Assembly: GCA_051861185.1 (NCBI GenBank)
Contig: JBIMKQ010000018.1
Span: 9,213 to 73,212 of the forward strand
DNA from: Sphingopyxis sp.
GTDB taxonomy: Bacteria; Pseudomonadota; Alphaproteobacteria; Sphingomonadales; Sphingomonadaceae
Reading direction: 5' to 3'
Length of the DNA: 64,000 nt
Shown here: piece after piece, positions 1 to 10,920 of the stretch
Numbering within the stretch: the stretch's first letter is position 1
Layout: every line of letters starts with the position of its first letter
Translations under genes and position numbers: made by a program
Notes under the pieces: model-generated
What the model saw: only the letters and a program-made list of their open reading frames with translations
What the model was told of the DNA's origin: nothing
Databases searched by the model: none

Positions 1-743
1 GCCGAAATCACCTCAGCGGCGGCATAGCCCCAGCCGATGCGCTCGGCCGCCAGCCCGTGGATCTTCGAATAGGTGCGCGTGATGAAAACATTGGGCTGCG
101 TCTTCGCCAGTTCGAGCCCGCCATCGTCCTCGGCGTCCGAGAGATATTCGGAATAGGCCTGATCGATCACGAACAGGACGTTCCTGGGCAGTCCCGCGTA
201 AAGCCGCGCGACCTCTTCGCGCGTTGCCAGCGTGCCCGTCGGGTTGTTCGGGTTGGCGAGATAGACGACGCGCGTCTTGTCGGTCACCGCCGCCAGCAGC
301 GCATCGACATCGGTCGCATAATCCTTGTCGTCGGCCTCGACGGGCACCGCGCCGACACGCCGCGCCGCAATCTCGTACACCGCAAAGCCATAGCGAACGT
401 ACAGGATCTCGTCGCCGACGCCGGCATAGGTGCCCGCTGCGAGATGCAGCAATTCGTCCGACCCGTTACCGCAGATGATCCGTGCCGGATCGAGCCCGAA
501 TTTTGCCGCGATCGTTTCGCGCAATTCCGCCGCGCCGGGGTCGGGATAGCGCGACAGCGCATCCGCGCTGGCGAGCGACGCGCGGAACGCCTCGCGTGCC
601 TTTTCTCCGGTGCCGAGCGGATTCTCGTTCGCGGACAGCTTGATCAGCGGGCGGCCATCGGCGCCCGCTGACTTGCCGGGAACATAGGGGGCGATGCCGC
701 TGATCCACGGCTTCGGAGTAAGCGTGCTGTTGCTGTCGGTCAT
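1..743 (-). CDS. hisC: Histidinol-phosphate aminotransferase, partial (runs off the left edge)
   Basis: Manual translation from ATG at 743: [25 protein letters not shown]...[11 protein letters not shown]...RYPDP...CGNGSDELL...[10 protein letters not shown]. Absent from the ORF track because it is truncated. Confidence 0.93.
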   Translation of the reverse strand, partial: MTDSNSTLTPKPWISGIAPYVPGKSAGADGRPLIKLSANENPLGTGEKAREAFRASLASADALSRYPDPGAAELRETIAAKFGLDPARIICGNGSDELLHLAAGTYAGVGDEILYVRYGFAVYEIAARRVGAVPVEADDKDYATDVDALLAAVTDKTRVVYLANPNNPTGTLATREEVARLYAGLPRNVLFVIDQAYSEYLSDAEDDGGLELAKTQPNVFITRTYSKIHGLAAERIGWGYAAAEVIS

Positions 744-833
744 GCCGCGCCGTTTAACGGCTGCGCGCCCCAAGTCCAGCGTCTAGTCCAGCACGTTGAC
801 ACGGTGCGCGCGCCCGCTTAGCCCCGCCGCACG

Positions 834-1955
834 ATGGCAAGCCTGCTCCACGATATCCGGCATCATGGCGTGACGATTGCCGCACCGCTGCCGCTCGACA
901 GCGGGCAGGTTCTCGGATCGGTGACGATCGCCTATCAAAGCTATGGCGCGCTCAACGCCGACAAGTCGAATGCGGTGCTGATCTGTCATGCGCTGACCGG
1001 CGACCAATATGTCGCGAGCGATCATCCCGCGACCGGAAAGCCCGGCTGGTGGGCGCGCATGGTCGGCCCCGGCAAGCCGATCGACACCGACCGTTTCCAC
1101 GTCATCTGCGCCAATGTGCTCGGCAGTTGCATGGGATCGAGCGGTCCCGCCTCTCCCGACACGGCGACGGGGGCGCCGCTGGGCATGCAGTTCCCCGTCA
1201 TCACCATCGCCGACATGGTCCGCGCGCAGGCGATGTTGCTCGATCACCTCGGCATCGCGCGACTTCATGCCGTCGTCGGCGGATCGATGGGCGGGATGCA
1301 GGCGCTCGCTTGGGCCGCGACCTATCCCGATCGTCTCGCTTCAGCGCTCGTGATCGCGAGCGCGGCGCGGCATTCGGCGCAGAATATCGCGTTCCACGAG
1401 GTCGGGCGGCAGGCGATCATGGCCGACCCTGACTGGCAGGACGGCCAATATTATGGCAGCGCGCGCGCGCCCACCAAGGGCCTCGCGGTCGCGCGCATGG
1501 CCGCTCATATCACTTATTTGTCCGAAGAAGGGCTGACCGAAAAATTCGGCCGCCGCCTGCAGGCGCGCGACATCAAAAGTTTTGGCTTCGACGCCGATTT
1601 TCAGGTCGAATCCTATCTGCGGCATCAGGGGCTTGCCTTCACCGACCGCTTCGACGCCAACGCCTATCTCTACATCACGCGCGCGATGGACTATTTCGAC
1701 CTCGCCGATCCACACGACGGACGGCTCGCGGGTGCGTTTGCCGCGGCGAAGGATGTCCGCTTCACGCTCGTCAGCTTCGACACCGACTGGCTGTACCCGA
1801 CCTCCGAATCGCGCCGCGTCGTGCAGGCGCTGCAGAGCGTCGGCGCCGCGGCGAGCTTCGTCGAACTGTCGGCGCCCTTCGGCCACGACAGCTTCCTGCT
1901 CGACGTCCCCGCCCTTGACCGCCTCGTTGCGGGCGCCTTGGGAACGGGCTTCTGA
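834..1955 (+). CDS. metX: Homoserine O-acyltransferase
   Basis: [16 protein letters not shown] nucleophile elbow, GHDSFLL; stop overlaps the metW start. Confidence 0.93.
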   Translation: MASLLHDIRHHGVTIAAPLPLDSGQVLGSVTIAYQSYGALNADKSNAVLICHALTGDQYVASDHPATGKPGWWARMVGPGKPIDTDRFHVICANVLGSCMGSSGPASPDTATGAPLGMQFPVITIADMVRAQAMLLDHLGIARLHAVVGGSMGGMQALAWAATYPDRLASALVIASAARHSAQNIAFHEVGRQAIMADPDWQDGQYYGSARAPTKGLAVARMAAHITYLSEEGLTEKFGRRLQARDIKSFGFDADFQVESYLRHQGLAFTDRFDANAYLYITRAMDYFDLADPHDGRLAGAFAAAKDVRFTLVSFDTDWLYPTSESRRVVQALQSVGAAASFVELSAPFGHDSFLLDVPALDRLVAGALGTGF

Positions 1956-2542
1956 TGGCGTTGCGCCCCGATCTCGCGATCATCGCCGATGCGGTCCCCG
2001 TGGCGTCGCGCGTGCTCGACGTCGGCTGCGGCGATGGCGAGTTGATGGTTGCGCTGCGCAACAAGGGTGTCGATGCGCGCGGGCTGGAGATCGATCCGGC
2101 CAACGTCACCGCGGCGATCGCGCGCGGCCAGTCGGTCGTTCAGGGCGATGCGAATCGCGACCTCGCCGATTATCCCGACGATGCCTTCGATTACGCGATC
2201 CTGTCGCAGACGCTGCAGACGACCGAGCGCCCCGACCGCGTTGTAGATGAGTTGCTGCGTATCGCGCCGCGCGCCTTCGTCAGCTTTCCCAATTTCGCGC
2301 ATTGGCGCGTGCGGCTCGCATTGCTGTGGAATGGCCGGATGCCGGTGACCCGGCTGCTGCCCGTCGCCTGGTACGAAACGCCGAACATCCACCATGTCAC
2401 GGTCAGCGATTTTCGCGAGCTCGTCCGCGTAAAGGGGATCAAGGTCGAGCGCGTCTGGCACCTTTCCGGCGACAAACCGGCAAGCGACGCCGCGGCAAGC
2501 TGGCGCGCCGAACATGCGATCTTCCTGATTTCGCGCACCTGA
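1955..2542 (+). CDS. metW: Methionine biosynthesis protein MetW (SAM-dependent methyltransferase fold)
   Basis: RVLDVGCGDGELM, AFVSFPNFAHWRVR, WYETPNIHH; follows metX. Confidence 0.92.
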   Translation: MALRPDLAIIADAVPVASRVLDVGCGDGELMVALRNKGVDARGLEIDPANVTAAIARGQSVVQGDANRDLADYPDDAFDYAILSQTLQTTERPDRVVDELLRIAPRAFVSFPNFAHWRVRLALLWNGRMPVTRLLPVAWYETPNIHHVTVSDFRELVRVKGIKVERVWHLSGDKPASDAAASWRAEHAIFLISRT

Positions 2543-2669
2543 TCCTCCCTGCCGCGAAGCGGTGAGGAGGAGGACCGCTCGCGTAACGAGCGGTGGAGGA
2601 GCCGGCACCCATGCTCCTCCGCAGGCACTTCGTGATGCCACCTCCCCACGCCTGCGGCACAGGGAGGAT
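2542..2669 (+). repeat. MITE-like intergenic repeat, copy 1 (128 bp)
   Basis: Terminal inverted repeats ATCCTCCCTG...CAGGGAGGAT and internal hairpins; homologous to 52022-52155 in the opposite orientation. Confidence 0.85.
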
Positions 2670-2676
2670 CGATCGG

Positions 2677-3279
2677 CTAATCCTGCTTTTTCAGCCCGTT
2701 CGCGAGCAGATCATTGGCGATCCGCGCGATCTCCGAAATATCGCTCTCGGTGTCCCACAAGCCATAGCGCATCCCCAGAAACACGTTCATCCCGCCGATC
2801 GCCCAAGCGTGGACTTCGCTGACGTCGGGACGGATTTCGCCGCGCTCGGCGCCACCTTCCAGCCGCTGCCGCACGCGCGCGACCGTCGTTTCATAATGGC
2901 TGCGATAGCTCGCATAATCGACGAACTCGGCCTCGTCGATGATCCGGTAGATCTCCTTATGCTCGCGCACGAAGCCCAGATAGGATTCGAGCCCGATACG
3001 CTCGGCGCTGATTTCGTCGGGCGCCGCCTGCACCAAAGGCGTAACATGGTCGCGCAATTGCTCGCTCATATAACGGACGAGCGCCTGAAAGATCTCATCC
3101 TTCGAATCGAAATAAGTGTAAAAGCTGCCTAGCGCGGTGCCCGCGCGGCGCGTGATCGCGCTGATCGACGCCTCGTGAAACCCGCGTTCGCCGAATTCGA
3201 TCGCCGCGGCGTCGAGCAGCTTGCGCAGCGTCCGACGCCCGCGTTCGGTACGCGGCGTCTTGTCGCGCGCATCGCTCAT
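2677..3279 (-). CDS. TetR/AcrR family transcriptional regulator (start at 3279 or 3312)
   Basis: LLDAAAIEFGERGFHEASISAITRRAGTALGSFYTYFDSKDEIF helix-turn-helix; divergent from a TonB-dependent receptor. Confidence 0.9.
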   Translation of the reverse strand: MSDARDKTPRTERGRRTLRKLLDAAAIEFGERGFHEASISAITRRAGTALGSFYTYFDSKDEIFQALVRYMSEQLRDHVTPLVQAAPDEISAERIGLESYLGFVREHKEIYRIIDEAEFVDYASYRSHYETTVARVRQRLEGGAERGEIRPDVSEVHAWAIGGMNVFLGMRYGLWDTESDISEIARIANDLLANGLKKQD

Positions 3280-3390
3280 GGCATTCTCTGTCGCGACTGG
3301 CGGCTGCTCCATAAAGGCTCTCGTCTCCCTCCGTCGCTGCATCGTGGCTTTTCCGCACCACTGGCAAGCAAAAAACGACGGTTGCAACTT

Positions 3391-3417
3391 CCAAGTTGAA
3401 ACTTGGTTCATGTTTCA
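3391..3417. promoter_or_regulatory. Overlapping inverted repeats, candidate TetR operator
   Basis: CCAAGT-TGAA-ACTTGG (3391-3406) and TGAAAC-N9-GTTTCA (3397-3417) between the divergent tetR and TBDR genes. Confidence 0.6.
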
Positions 3418-3505
3418 TTATTGGATGCGGCGCGGCTTGGCAAGCACCAGCCCCAGAAAACCAAAAAGGGTGGCCAAGGGCCGCCCGCCACATGGGAGAG
3501 TCTTC

Positions 3506-5863
3506 ATGCGTCCTTTCGCCCGCTCGCTGCGCCGTGCCGTCCTCGCCACCAGCGCGCTTTCGATGATTGCCTTTGCGCCGCCCGTCTTCGCACAGGAAGA
3601 AGGCGCGACGACCGACGCCGGCGATAATGAGATCATCGTCACCGCACGCCGCCGCGACGAACGCCTGATCGACGTGCCCGTCGCGATCACCGCCTATTCG
3701 GGCGAGGCGCTGGCAAAGGCCGGCGCGATCGACATCACCGACATCGGCCAGACGACCCCGAACACGACATTGGAGGTCTCGCGCGGCACCAACTCGACGC
3801 TCAGCGCCTTCATTCGCGGCGTCGGCCAGCAAGACCCGGTCTCGGGCTTCGAACAGGGTGTCGGTCTCTATCTCGACGACGTCTATCTCAACCGTCCGCA
3901 GGCCGCGGTGCTCGACATCTACGACGTCGAACGCATCGAAATCCTGCGCGGGCCGCAGGGCACGCTCTATGGCCGCAACACGATCGGCGGCGCGGTCAAA
4001 TATGTGACCAAGCAGCTGCCGCAGGAATTCTCTCTCAAGATCAAGGGCACGCTGGGCACCTATGACCAGGCCGACCTCGTCGTGACCGCCAGCGCGCCGA
4101 TCGGCGACCTGCTGCGCGTCGGCGGCTCGGTTGCGCGCCTGTCGCGCGGCGGCTTTGGCGACAATCTCACCACCGGCCTCGAAAATTATAACAAGGATGT
4201 CTGGGCGGGGCGCGGCACCGTCGAACTCGGCGGCTACGACGCCCCCGTGCTGATCCGCATTTCGGGCGACTATACCAAGGACAAGAGCGCGCCGCGCGGC
4301 GGTCACCGCCTGATCCCGTCGCTGCTGACAAACGCCCCCGTGCTCGACGATGTGTTCGACAGCCGCGGCGGCCTCAACGATCCGAAGCAGGGGATCGAAT
4401 CCTACGGCCTCGCAATGAACGTCACTGCCGAACTGAGCGACACGGTGACGATCCGGTCGATCAGCGCCTGGCGCAAGGACACGTCGGCGACCCCAATCGA
4501 TTTCGACGCACTGCCCGGCGTCGATATCGACGTTCCCGGCTTCTACTTCAACGAGCAGATCAGCCAGGAATTCCAGCTGCTCTATGAGGGCGACAAGCTC
4601 AAGGGCCTGCTCGGCTTCTATTATCTCGATGCGACCGCCGACACCTTGTTCGACGTCCGCATCTTCAACAATCTCGCGGGGCTGACCGCCTTTACCGAGG
4701 CCGATGTCGATACCCAGACCTTCGCAGTGTTCGGCGATTTCACCTATGATTTCAGCGAGCAGCTGAGCCTGTCGGTCGGCGGCCGATATACGTGGGACGA
4801 GCGCGAAGCATCGATCCTGCGCCAGAATTATCTCGGTGGCGGGTCGCCCGTATTCGGCGGCGCGGGGGTCGCTTTTGGCGCCCCCGGCACCAATTTCGAC
4901 GGCAAGCGCAGCTTCAACAAATTCACCCCGCGCGCCTCGCTGTCGTTCAAGCCGACCCCCGATCACAATGTCTACGCCAGCTATTCGCAGGGGTTCAAAG
5001 GCGGCGGTTTCGATCCGCGCGGCGTCGGCGTAAACGCGCCGGCCGCCATCCCGGGCGCGCCGACCGATGCCGAAGTCGCCTCGTTCCTGAGCTTCCGCCC
5101 CGAAAAGGTCGAAAGCTACGAAGTCGGCTATAAGGGCAGCCTGATGGATGGCGCGGTCAATGTCGCGCTCGCGGCTTTCTATGCCGATTACACCGACGTC
5201 CAGATCCCGGGCTCGGTCGCTTGCACCGTCAGCGGCCTGCCCAGCTTCTGCGGCGTCGTGTCGAACGCGGGCAAGGCGACCTTCAAGGGCGTCGAATTCG
5301 AAGGCCGCGCGCGGCTTGGTCGGGATCTGGCGACTGCGGGCGACCGGCTGACGCTGTCGACCGCGCTCGGTTATATCCAGGCCGATTATAAGGAATATGT
5401 CTCGAACATCCTCGTCGGCGGGATCAACACCCCGACCGACGTTTCGGATTTCCGCGAGGTACAGAATACGCCGAAATGGACCGCCAGCGGCACGCTCGCC
5501 TACTCCACCCCGATCGGCGACGGCGACCTCAGCTTCGGCACGACGCTGTCGTATCGCAGCAAAACCTATCAGTTCGAAATCCCGAACCCCTATATCGACC
5601 AGAAGGGTTTCGCTTTGTGGGACGCCAGCCTCGTCTACACCGCGCCCGACGATCGCTGGAGCCTCGGCGTGTTCGGCAAGAATCTGACGAACAAGGAATA
5701 TAAGACTTCGGGCTACACCTTCATCAACGTCAATCCGGTTACCGGCGTGCCTGTCACCACACCCAACGGCCTGCCGACCTCCGCGCTCGGCCGCGAAGGC
5801 ACGCTGACCGCCTTTTACGGCAATCCGCGGCAGGTTTTCGTCACCGGCACCGTGAAATTCTGA
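3506..5863 (+). CDS. TonB-dependent receptor
   Basis: GGGAGAG RBS before ATG 3506; signal peptide; EIIVTARRRDE TonB box; VERIEILRGPQGTLYGRNTIGGAV; terminal Phe. Confidence 0.95.
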   Translation: MRPFARSLRRAVLATSALSMIAFAPPVFAQEEGATTDAGDNEIIVTARRRDERLIDVPVAITAYSGEALAKAGAIDITDIGQTTPNTTLEVSRGTNSTLSAFIRGVGQQDPVSGFEQGVGLYLDDVYLNRPQAAVLDIYDVERIEILRGPQGTLYGRNTIGGAVKYVTKQLPQEFSLKIKGTLGTYDQADLVVTASAPIGDLLRVGGSVARLSRGGFGDNLTTGLENYNKDVWAGRGTVELGGYDAPVLIRISGDYTKDKSAPRGGHRLIPSLLTNAPVLDDVFDSRGGLNDPKQGIESYGLAMNVTAELSDTVTIRSISAWRKDTSATPIDFDALPGVDIDVPGFYFNEQISQEFQLLYEGDKLKGLLGFYYLDATADTLFDVRIFNNLAGLTAFTEADVDTQTFAVFGDFTYDFSEQLSLSVGGRYTWDEREASILRQNYLGGGSPVFGGAGVAFGAPGTNFDGKRSFNKFTPRASLSFKPTPDHNVYASYSQGFKGGGFDPRGVGVNAPAAIPGAPTDAEVASFLSFRPEKVESYEVGYKGSLMDGAVNVALAAFYADYTDVQIPGSVACTVSGLPSFCGVVSNAGKATFKGVEFEGRARLGRDLATAGDRLTLSTALGYIQADYKEYVSNILVGGINTPTDVSDFREVQNTPKWTASGTLAYSTPIGDGDLSFGTTLSYRSKTYQFEIPNPYIDQKGFALWDASLVYTAPDDRWSLGVFGKNLTNKEYKTSGYTFINVNPVTGVPVTTPNGLPTSALGREGTLTAFYGNPRQVFVTGTVKF

Positions 5864-5882
5864 TTATTCGATAATAAGGGGG

Positions 5883-5912
5883 AAAGGGGCGTCCGTTGCG
5901 GCGCCCCTTTTT
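5883..5912. terminator. Intrinsic terminator, probably bidirectional
   Basis: AAAGGGGCG-loop-CGCCCCTTTTT between convergent genes. Confidence 0.8.
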
Positions 5913-7049
5913 CTATGAGGCGAGTGGCGGTGCCCCGGTCGCGGCGACCATGCGCTCGCCGTCGATGACGATCGGGCTCGCGACGCCGTCGATCGACGCG
6001 CCTTCGGGGCGAAAGCGCATCCCGCGCGCCTGAACCTGCAGATCGGCGAACACTTGGGCAAGGTCGTTGATCGGCCCCGCGGGCACGCCCTCGGCCTCGA
6101 GCGCAAGCGACAGTGGCTGCGCATCCCATGTGGCGATCTTCGCCGCGAGCAGCGGGATCAGCTCGGTCCGGTTCGCCAACCGCGCAGCATTATTCACAAA
6201 GCGCGGGTCATCGGCCCATTCGGGCACCCCCAGAATCGCGCACAGCTTACGATATTGCCCGTCGTTGCCGACCGCGATCACCAGCTGGCCATCGGCGGTC
6301 GCAAAGACCTGATAGGGCACCACATTGACGTGGGCGTTGCCCATCCGCTTCGGAACCACCCCGCTTGCCAGATAATTGGCCGCCTGATTCGCAAGTACCG
6401 CGACCTGTGAATCGAGCAACGCCATATCGATATGCGCGCCTGCCCCGGTGACGTCACGACGTCGCAGCGCGGCAAGGATCGCGACCGCCGAATACATGCC
6501 GGTGAAGATATCGGCATAAGCAATTCCGGCCTTTTGCGGCGGCCCGTCAGGGTCGCCGGTCAGCGACATGAAGCCGCTCATCGCCTGGACGATATAATCA
6601 TATCCCGCGCGGTGCGCATAAGGCCCGGTCTGTCCGAAACCGGTGATCGAACAGACGACCAGTCGCGGGAAATCGGCGCGGAGCCGCGCGGGATCGAGCC
6701 CATATTTGACGAGCCCGTCGACCTTGTAATTTTCGATGACGACATCGGCGCCGGCCAGCAGCGCACGCACCTCGGCCTGCCCTTCGGTGCTCGCGATGTC
6801 GATCGCAACGCTCTGCTTGCCGCGGTTGCAGCTGTGATAATAGGCAGCGCTCAGATCTTCGCCATCGGCGCCGGTGACGAACGGCGGGCCCCATTGGCGC
6901 GTATCGTCGCCTGCCCCCGGCCGCTCGACCTTGATCACCTCGGCACCAAGATCGGCGAGCAATTGCCCGCACCAAGGCCCCGCGAGCACCCGCGCCAGTT
7001 CGACGACGCGGATGCCCTGCAAAGGTTTTAAGCCCTGAGGCTCAGGCAA
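5913..7049 (-). CDS. CaiB/BaiF family III CoA-transferase
   Basis: [56 protein letters not shown]. Confidence 0.93.
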   Translation of the reverse strand: MPEPQGLKPLQGIRVVELARVLAGPWCGQLLADLGAEVIKVERPGAGDDTRQWGPPFVTGADGEDLSAAYYHSCNRGKQSVAIDIASTEGQAEVRALLAGADVVIENYKVDGLVKYGLDPARLRADFPRLVVCSITGFGQTGPYAHRAGYDYIVQAMSGFMSLTGDPDGPPQKAGIAYADIFTGMYSAVAILAALRRRDVTGAGAHIDMALLDSQVAVLANQAANYLASGVVPKRMGNAHVNVVPYQVFATADGQLVIAVGNDGQYRKLCAILGVPEWADDPRFVNNAARLANRTELIPLLAAKIATWDAQPLSLALEAEGVPAGPINDLAQVFADLQVQARGMRFRPEGASIDGVASPIVIDGERMVAATGAPPLAS

Positions 7050-8244
7050 ATGCCGAAATACCCGTGATCGCTCGGCCGAGGATCAGCGCATGGACATCGT
7101 GCGTGCCCTCATAGGTGTTCACCGTCTCGAGATTCACCGCATGGCGGATCACATGATAATCGGCCGAAATCCCGTTACCGCCATGCATGTCGCGCGCAAC
7201 GCGAGCGATATCGAGAGCCTTGCCGCAATTGTTGCGCTTGAGCAGGCTGATCGCGTCGGGAATCAGCCGACCTTCGTCGATCAACCGACCGACGCGCAGC
7301 GCCGTCTGCAGGCCCAGCGCGATTTCGGTGAGCATATTGGCGAGCTTCAGCTGGACGATCTGGTTCGCCGCGAGCGGCCGCCCGAACTGCTTGCGCTCGC
7401 CGGTGTAATTCCGCGCCGCTTCATAGCAGAATTCGGCGGCGCCCATCGCGCCCCAACCGATGCCGTAGCGCGCGCGGTTGAGACAACCGAACGGCCCCTT
7501 GAGGCCCGAGACATGCGGCAACAAAGCATCCTCACCGACCTCGACCGAATCCATCACGATTTCGCCGGTGACCGACGCGCGCAAGCTGACCTTGCCCTCG
7601 ATCTTCGGCGCCGACAGGCCCTTCATGCCCTTTTCGAGTACAAAGCCGCGAATCGCGCCGTCGTGCGCTTCCGACTTCGCCCACACGACGAACACGTCGG
7701 CGATCGGCGAATTGGTGATCCACATCTTCGCGCCCTTGAGGCGGTAGCCACCCTCGATCTTTTCGGCGCGGGTGCGCATCCCGCCGGGGTCGCTGCCCGC
7801 ATCGGGCTCGGTGAGGCCAAAGCAGCCGACGAGCTCGCCCGAGGTCAGTCCGGGCAGGAACTTCCGCTTCTGCTCCTCGCTGCCATAAGCGTTGATCGGG
7901 TGGATCACGAGCGAGCTCTGTACCGAACAGGCCGACCGATATCCCGAATCGACGCGTTCGACTTCGCGCGCGATCAGCCCATAGCTGACATAATTGAGCC
8001 CTGCCCCGCCATATTCGGGATCGATCGTCGCGCCGAGCAGGCCGAGCGCGCCCATTTCCGACATGATCTCGCGGTCGAACCGCTCGTCGAGAAACGCCGA
8101 AGTCACACGCGGCAACAGCGCGTCGGTCGCATAGGAGCGCGCCGTATCGCGGACCATCCGTTCCTCTTCGCTCAGCTCGGCATCGAGCTGGAGGGGGTCG
8201 AGGGGGTCGAGCGCTTCGATGCGCTGCGGATCGGCGAGGGCCAT
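7042..8244 (-). CDS. gcdH: Acyl-CoA dehydrogenase, glutaryl-CoA dehydrogenase type
   Basis: [48 protein letters not shown]. Confidence 0.85.
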   Translation of the reverse strand: MALADPQRIEALDPLDPLQLDAELSEEERMVRDTARSYATDALLPRVTSAFLDERFDREIMSEMGALGLLGATIDPEYGGAGLNYVSYGLIAREVERVDSGYRSACSVQSSLVIHPINAYGSEEQKRKFLPGLTSGELVGCFGLTEPDAGSDPGGMRTRAEKIEGGYRLKGAKMWITNSPIADVFVVWAKSEAHDGAIRGFVLEKGMKGLSAPKIEGKVSLRASVTGEIVMDSVEVGEDALLPHVSGLKGPFGCLNRARYGIGWGAMGAAEFCYEAARNYTGERKQFGRPLAANQIVQLKLANMLTEIALGLQTALRVGRLIDEGRLIPDAISLLKRNNCGKALDIARVARDMHGGNGISADYHVIRHAVNLETVNTYEGTHDVHALILGRAITGISAFA

Positions 8245-8294
8245 GGAACGGGCTTTCTCTCAAAAAGGGCGGGCAGCCCTTACCGGATTGCGCG

Positions 8295-9203
8295 CTACGG
8301 GGTCGGATCGGCCGCTTTGCGGGCCATCGCGGCAGCGGGACTGTCGCGCGGCTCCAATATCGCCGCCGTCTCGATCAGGTCAAGCGCACGCCGCGCTTCA
8401 TGATAACGCCGCGCATCGATCAGCCAGTCGTTCGCGACCGCCGCGCCCGGCATCGCCTCAACCTCCGCGATCGCGAGGTCAGCCTGACCCGCGCCGAGAT
8501 AGCGCCGTGCACGGTCGAGTCGGTCGGACGCACGCTGCGACTGGGTTCCCGCCGCGCGCACGACGAACAATTCGCCAAGTTCGCGGCGGAGCCCGGTCCA
8601 CAGGCTGCCATTGTCGTCGCCGCCGCGACCGACAAGCTGCGGTGCCAGCGCATCGAGTTCGGCGCGAAGCTGTTCGAGCGTTACCGGTTCACGCGACGTA
8701 TCGATAATCGTCTTGACCGCGTTCGGCTGATCATCTCCGAAACGCAGGCGCAGCTGCGCGTCGAGATAGCCGAGCGACAGGCCGCGATCGAGCGCCCGGC
8801 GCACCGCAAAGGCGACGAGCAACCCTTCGGCGCGCGACGCATTGCCCGACGCCGATTCGGCCTCCAGCGTGATGCGCGAGAGTCGCTGTTCGAGTTCGGC
8901 GACCCGCGCCGCAAGCGCATTGGCACCGTCGATCGGGGCGACCAGCAGCGGCGGGCCATTGGCGCCGCCCTTTGCGGCCCCGTCGGCCAGAAGCGGGTTG
9001 GCTACGCCCTGCGTGGTTTCGATCGTTTTGGCTGCCGGTGGCAAATTACTGCCCGTCAACCAGCGATTCACCGCCCATCCGCCGCCGGCGATGCCGATCA
9101 GGAGCAGGAGGAATGCACCAAGAGCGATGGCGCGGAACGATAGCCCCCTCGCCGGGACCACCTCATCCGCGGACGAGGGGGTGTCGATGCTGTCGATTGC
9201 CAT
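8295..9203 (-). CDS. Membrane-anchored coiled-coil protein downstream of hemD (COG4223/mitofilin-like)
   Basis: Single N-terminal TM helix, coiled coil (LAARVAELEQRLSRI), position in the hemC-hemD operon. Confidence 0.65.
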   Translation of the reverse strand: MAIDSIDTPSSADEVVPARGLSFRAIALGAFLLLLIGIAGGGWAVNRWLTGSNLPPAAKTIETTQGVANPLLADGAAKGGANGPPLLVAPIDGANALAARVAELEQRLSRITLEAESASGNASRAEGLLVAFAVRRALDRGLSLGYLDAQLRLRFGDDQPNAVKTIIDTSREPVTLEQLRAELDALAPQLVGRGGDDNGSLWTGLRRELGELFVVRAAGTQSQRASDRLDRARRYLGAGQADLAIAEVEAMPGAAVANDWLIDARRYHEARRALDLIETAAILEPRDSPAAAMARKAADPTP

Positions 9204-9222
9204 ATTTCTCTTTCGAACGACC

Positions 9223-9912
9223 CTATTTTGCGCCCTTGTGCCACAAAGCATGGGCTTCTGCCAACATTGCGACGTCGTCGGGCTGTTTCGGAACGGCCCG
9301 CTCGCCCCAGCCATCGCCCGCCGCCGACGCGGCGGACGCACTGATGGCGACCAGCGCCAGATGCCCGCGCGCAGCGCCGACCAGATCCGAAATGCGCTTC
9401 GCCGCGCGCGTCGAATGCGCCAGAATCACCGCCGGCCCGGCCACCAGGTCGAACCATTCGGGCGATGGCGGGACGGGGTCGACCGCATAACAGGGCAGCG
9501 GCACAATCGCCGCGCCGCGTGCATCGAATTCGGAACGATCGCGTCCACAAAGCCACAATATATTGCGGATTTCTTCTGACGCCATGACGTCAAGAAGGCC
9601 TTGCGCATCGGTCGATCCGGTCATGGCAACGGTCAATCCGGCCGCTTCGGCGGCGCCTGCGGTGGCGGCGCCGACGGCGTAGGTTCGGAGCGACGATAGA
9701 GGGGAAAGGCCGGATCCCGCCAGCTTGGCGGCCAGCGCACTCGTCAGCAGCAAAGCGTCGAAATCTTCGACCATGGGCACGTCCCATTCAAGCGGCCGCG
9801 CAGCGAAAAGCGGGATCGCGCGGACGTCGAACCCCATCGCCTTCGCCCGCTTGACCGTCGCCGCATTGCCCGGCTCGGGCCGCGTGACGATCAGCGGCGG
9901 GCGCTCGGTCAT
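9223..9912 (-). CDS. hemD: Uroporphyrinogen-III synthase
   Basis: LIVTRPEPGNAAT, YAVGAATA; overlaps the hemC stop. Confidence 0.85.
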   Translation of the reverse strand: MTERPPLIVTRPEPGNAATVKRAKAMGFDVRAIPLFAARPLEWDVPMVEDFDALLLTSALAAKLAGSGLSPLSSLRTYAVGAATAGAAEAAGLTVAMTGSTDAQGLLDVMASEEIRNILWLCGRDRSEFDARGAAIVPLPCYAVDPVPPSPEWFDLVAGPAVILAHSTRAAKRISDLVGAARGHLALVAISASAASAAGDGWGERAVPKQPDDVAMLAEAHALWHKGAK

Positions 9913-10856
9913 GCCGCGAACAGGCGCCGGACGCTTTCGGGCGCCTCGCTGAGCAGGCGGCCGGCCAATATAGCTGGCGCATTCGAATCGGTGACGATGA
10001 CATGCCCGGCGGCATGCTCCGCGCCATCATCTGAAAATATCTGGGCATCGAGGCGTAGTGTGCCGTCGTCGCGCCAATGCGCATGCGCCGCGACGGGGGA
10101 GCGGCAATCGCCACCCAGGGCCGCCAGAAACGCTCGCTCGGCGGCGACGGCGCGATGCGTCGGCGCATGATCGATCGCCGTCAGCAGCGCGCGCGTGACG
10201 GCATCGTCGTCACGGCATTCGATCCCGATCGCGCCCTGCGAGGCCGCGGGAAGCAACAGGCTTGCTTCCTGCACGGTACCGACGTCGTGCATCCCGAGCC
10301 GATCGAGCCCCGCCGCCGCGAGCAGCGTGGCATCGGCATCGCCAGCCGCAATCTTTGCGAGGCGCGTCGCGACATTGCCGCGCAGCAACACCGTCTCCAG
10401 ATCGGGCCGGATCCGCTTCACCTGCGCCGCGCGGCGCGGGCTGCTCGTCCCAAGTCGGGCATTTTGCGGCAGGTCGACGATCGTCGAAGCATCGATCCCG
10501 TCACGGACCACCAACCGGTCGCGCGGATCGGCGCGTTCGAGCATCGCGCCCAGCACAAAGCGCGCATCGCGAACGGTTTCGACGTCCTTCAGCGAATGGA
10601 CCGCGATGTCGATTACCCCCGCATCGAGCGCGGCGTCGAGTTCGCGCGTCCACAGCGCCTTGCCGCCGACCTCGGCGAGCGCGCGGTCCTGAATCCGGTC
10701 ACCGGTTGCAGTCATCGGTACAATTTCGAGCGCCGCCATATCGATGCCATGACTGGCAATCAGCGCCGCAGCCGCCATATGCGCCTGAGCCATCGCCAGC
10801 GGCGAGGCACGCGTACCGATACGCAGCGGGTTTTCGGGGGTAGGAAGTTGGTTCAT
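9909..10856 (-). CDS. hemC: Hydroxymethylbilane synthase
   Basis: [44 protein letters not shown]. Confidence 0.96.
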   Translation of the reverse strand: MNQLPTPENPLRIGTRASPLAMAQAHMAAAALIASHGIDMAALEIVPMTATGDRIQDRALAEVGGKALWTRELDAALDAGVIDIAVHSLKDVETVRDARFVLGAMLERADPRDRLVVRDGIDASTIVDLPQNARLGTSSPRRAAQVKRIRPDLETVLLRGNVATRLAKIAAGDADATLLAAAGLDRLGMHDVGTVQEASLLLPAASQGAIGIECRDDDAVTRALLTAIDHAPTHRAVAAERAFLAALGGDCRSPVAAHAHWRDDGTLRLDAQIFSDDGAEHAAGHVIVTDSNAPAILAGRLLSEAPESVRRLFAA

Positions 10857-10920
10857 CGGCTTCGCTGCTAGCGCGGGTTGCCCTGTCGATAAAGGGGCGG
10901 GTAAAGGAACGCGCAATATT

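Noticed and set aside
744-833. SAM riboswitch before metX
   Set aside because: No SAM-II/SAM-SAH consensus is visible and the promoter spacing leaves no leader
3095-4966. Long antisense ORFs, e.g. 3095-4966, 7090-8403, 32793-34718, 42404-43930, 59775-62123
   Set aside because: Shadow frames of well-supported genes, as expected in high-GC DNA; no recognisable motifs
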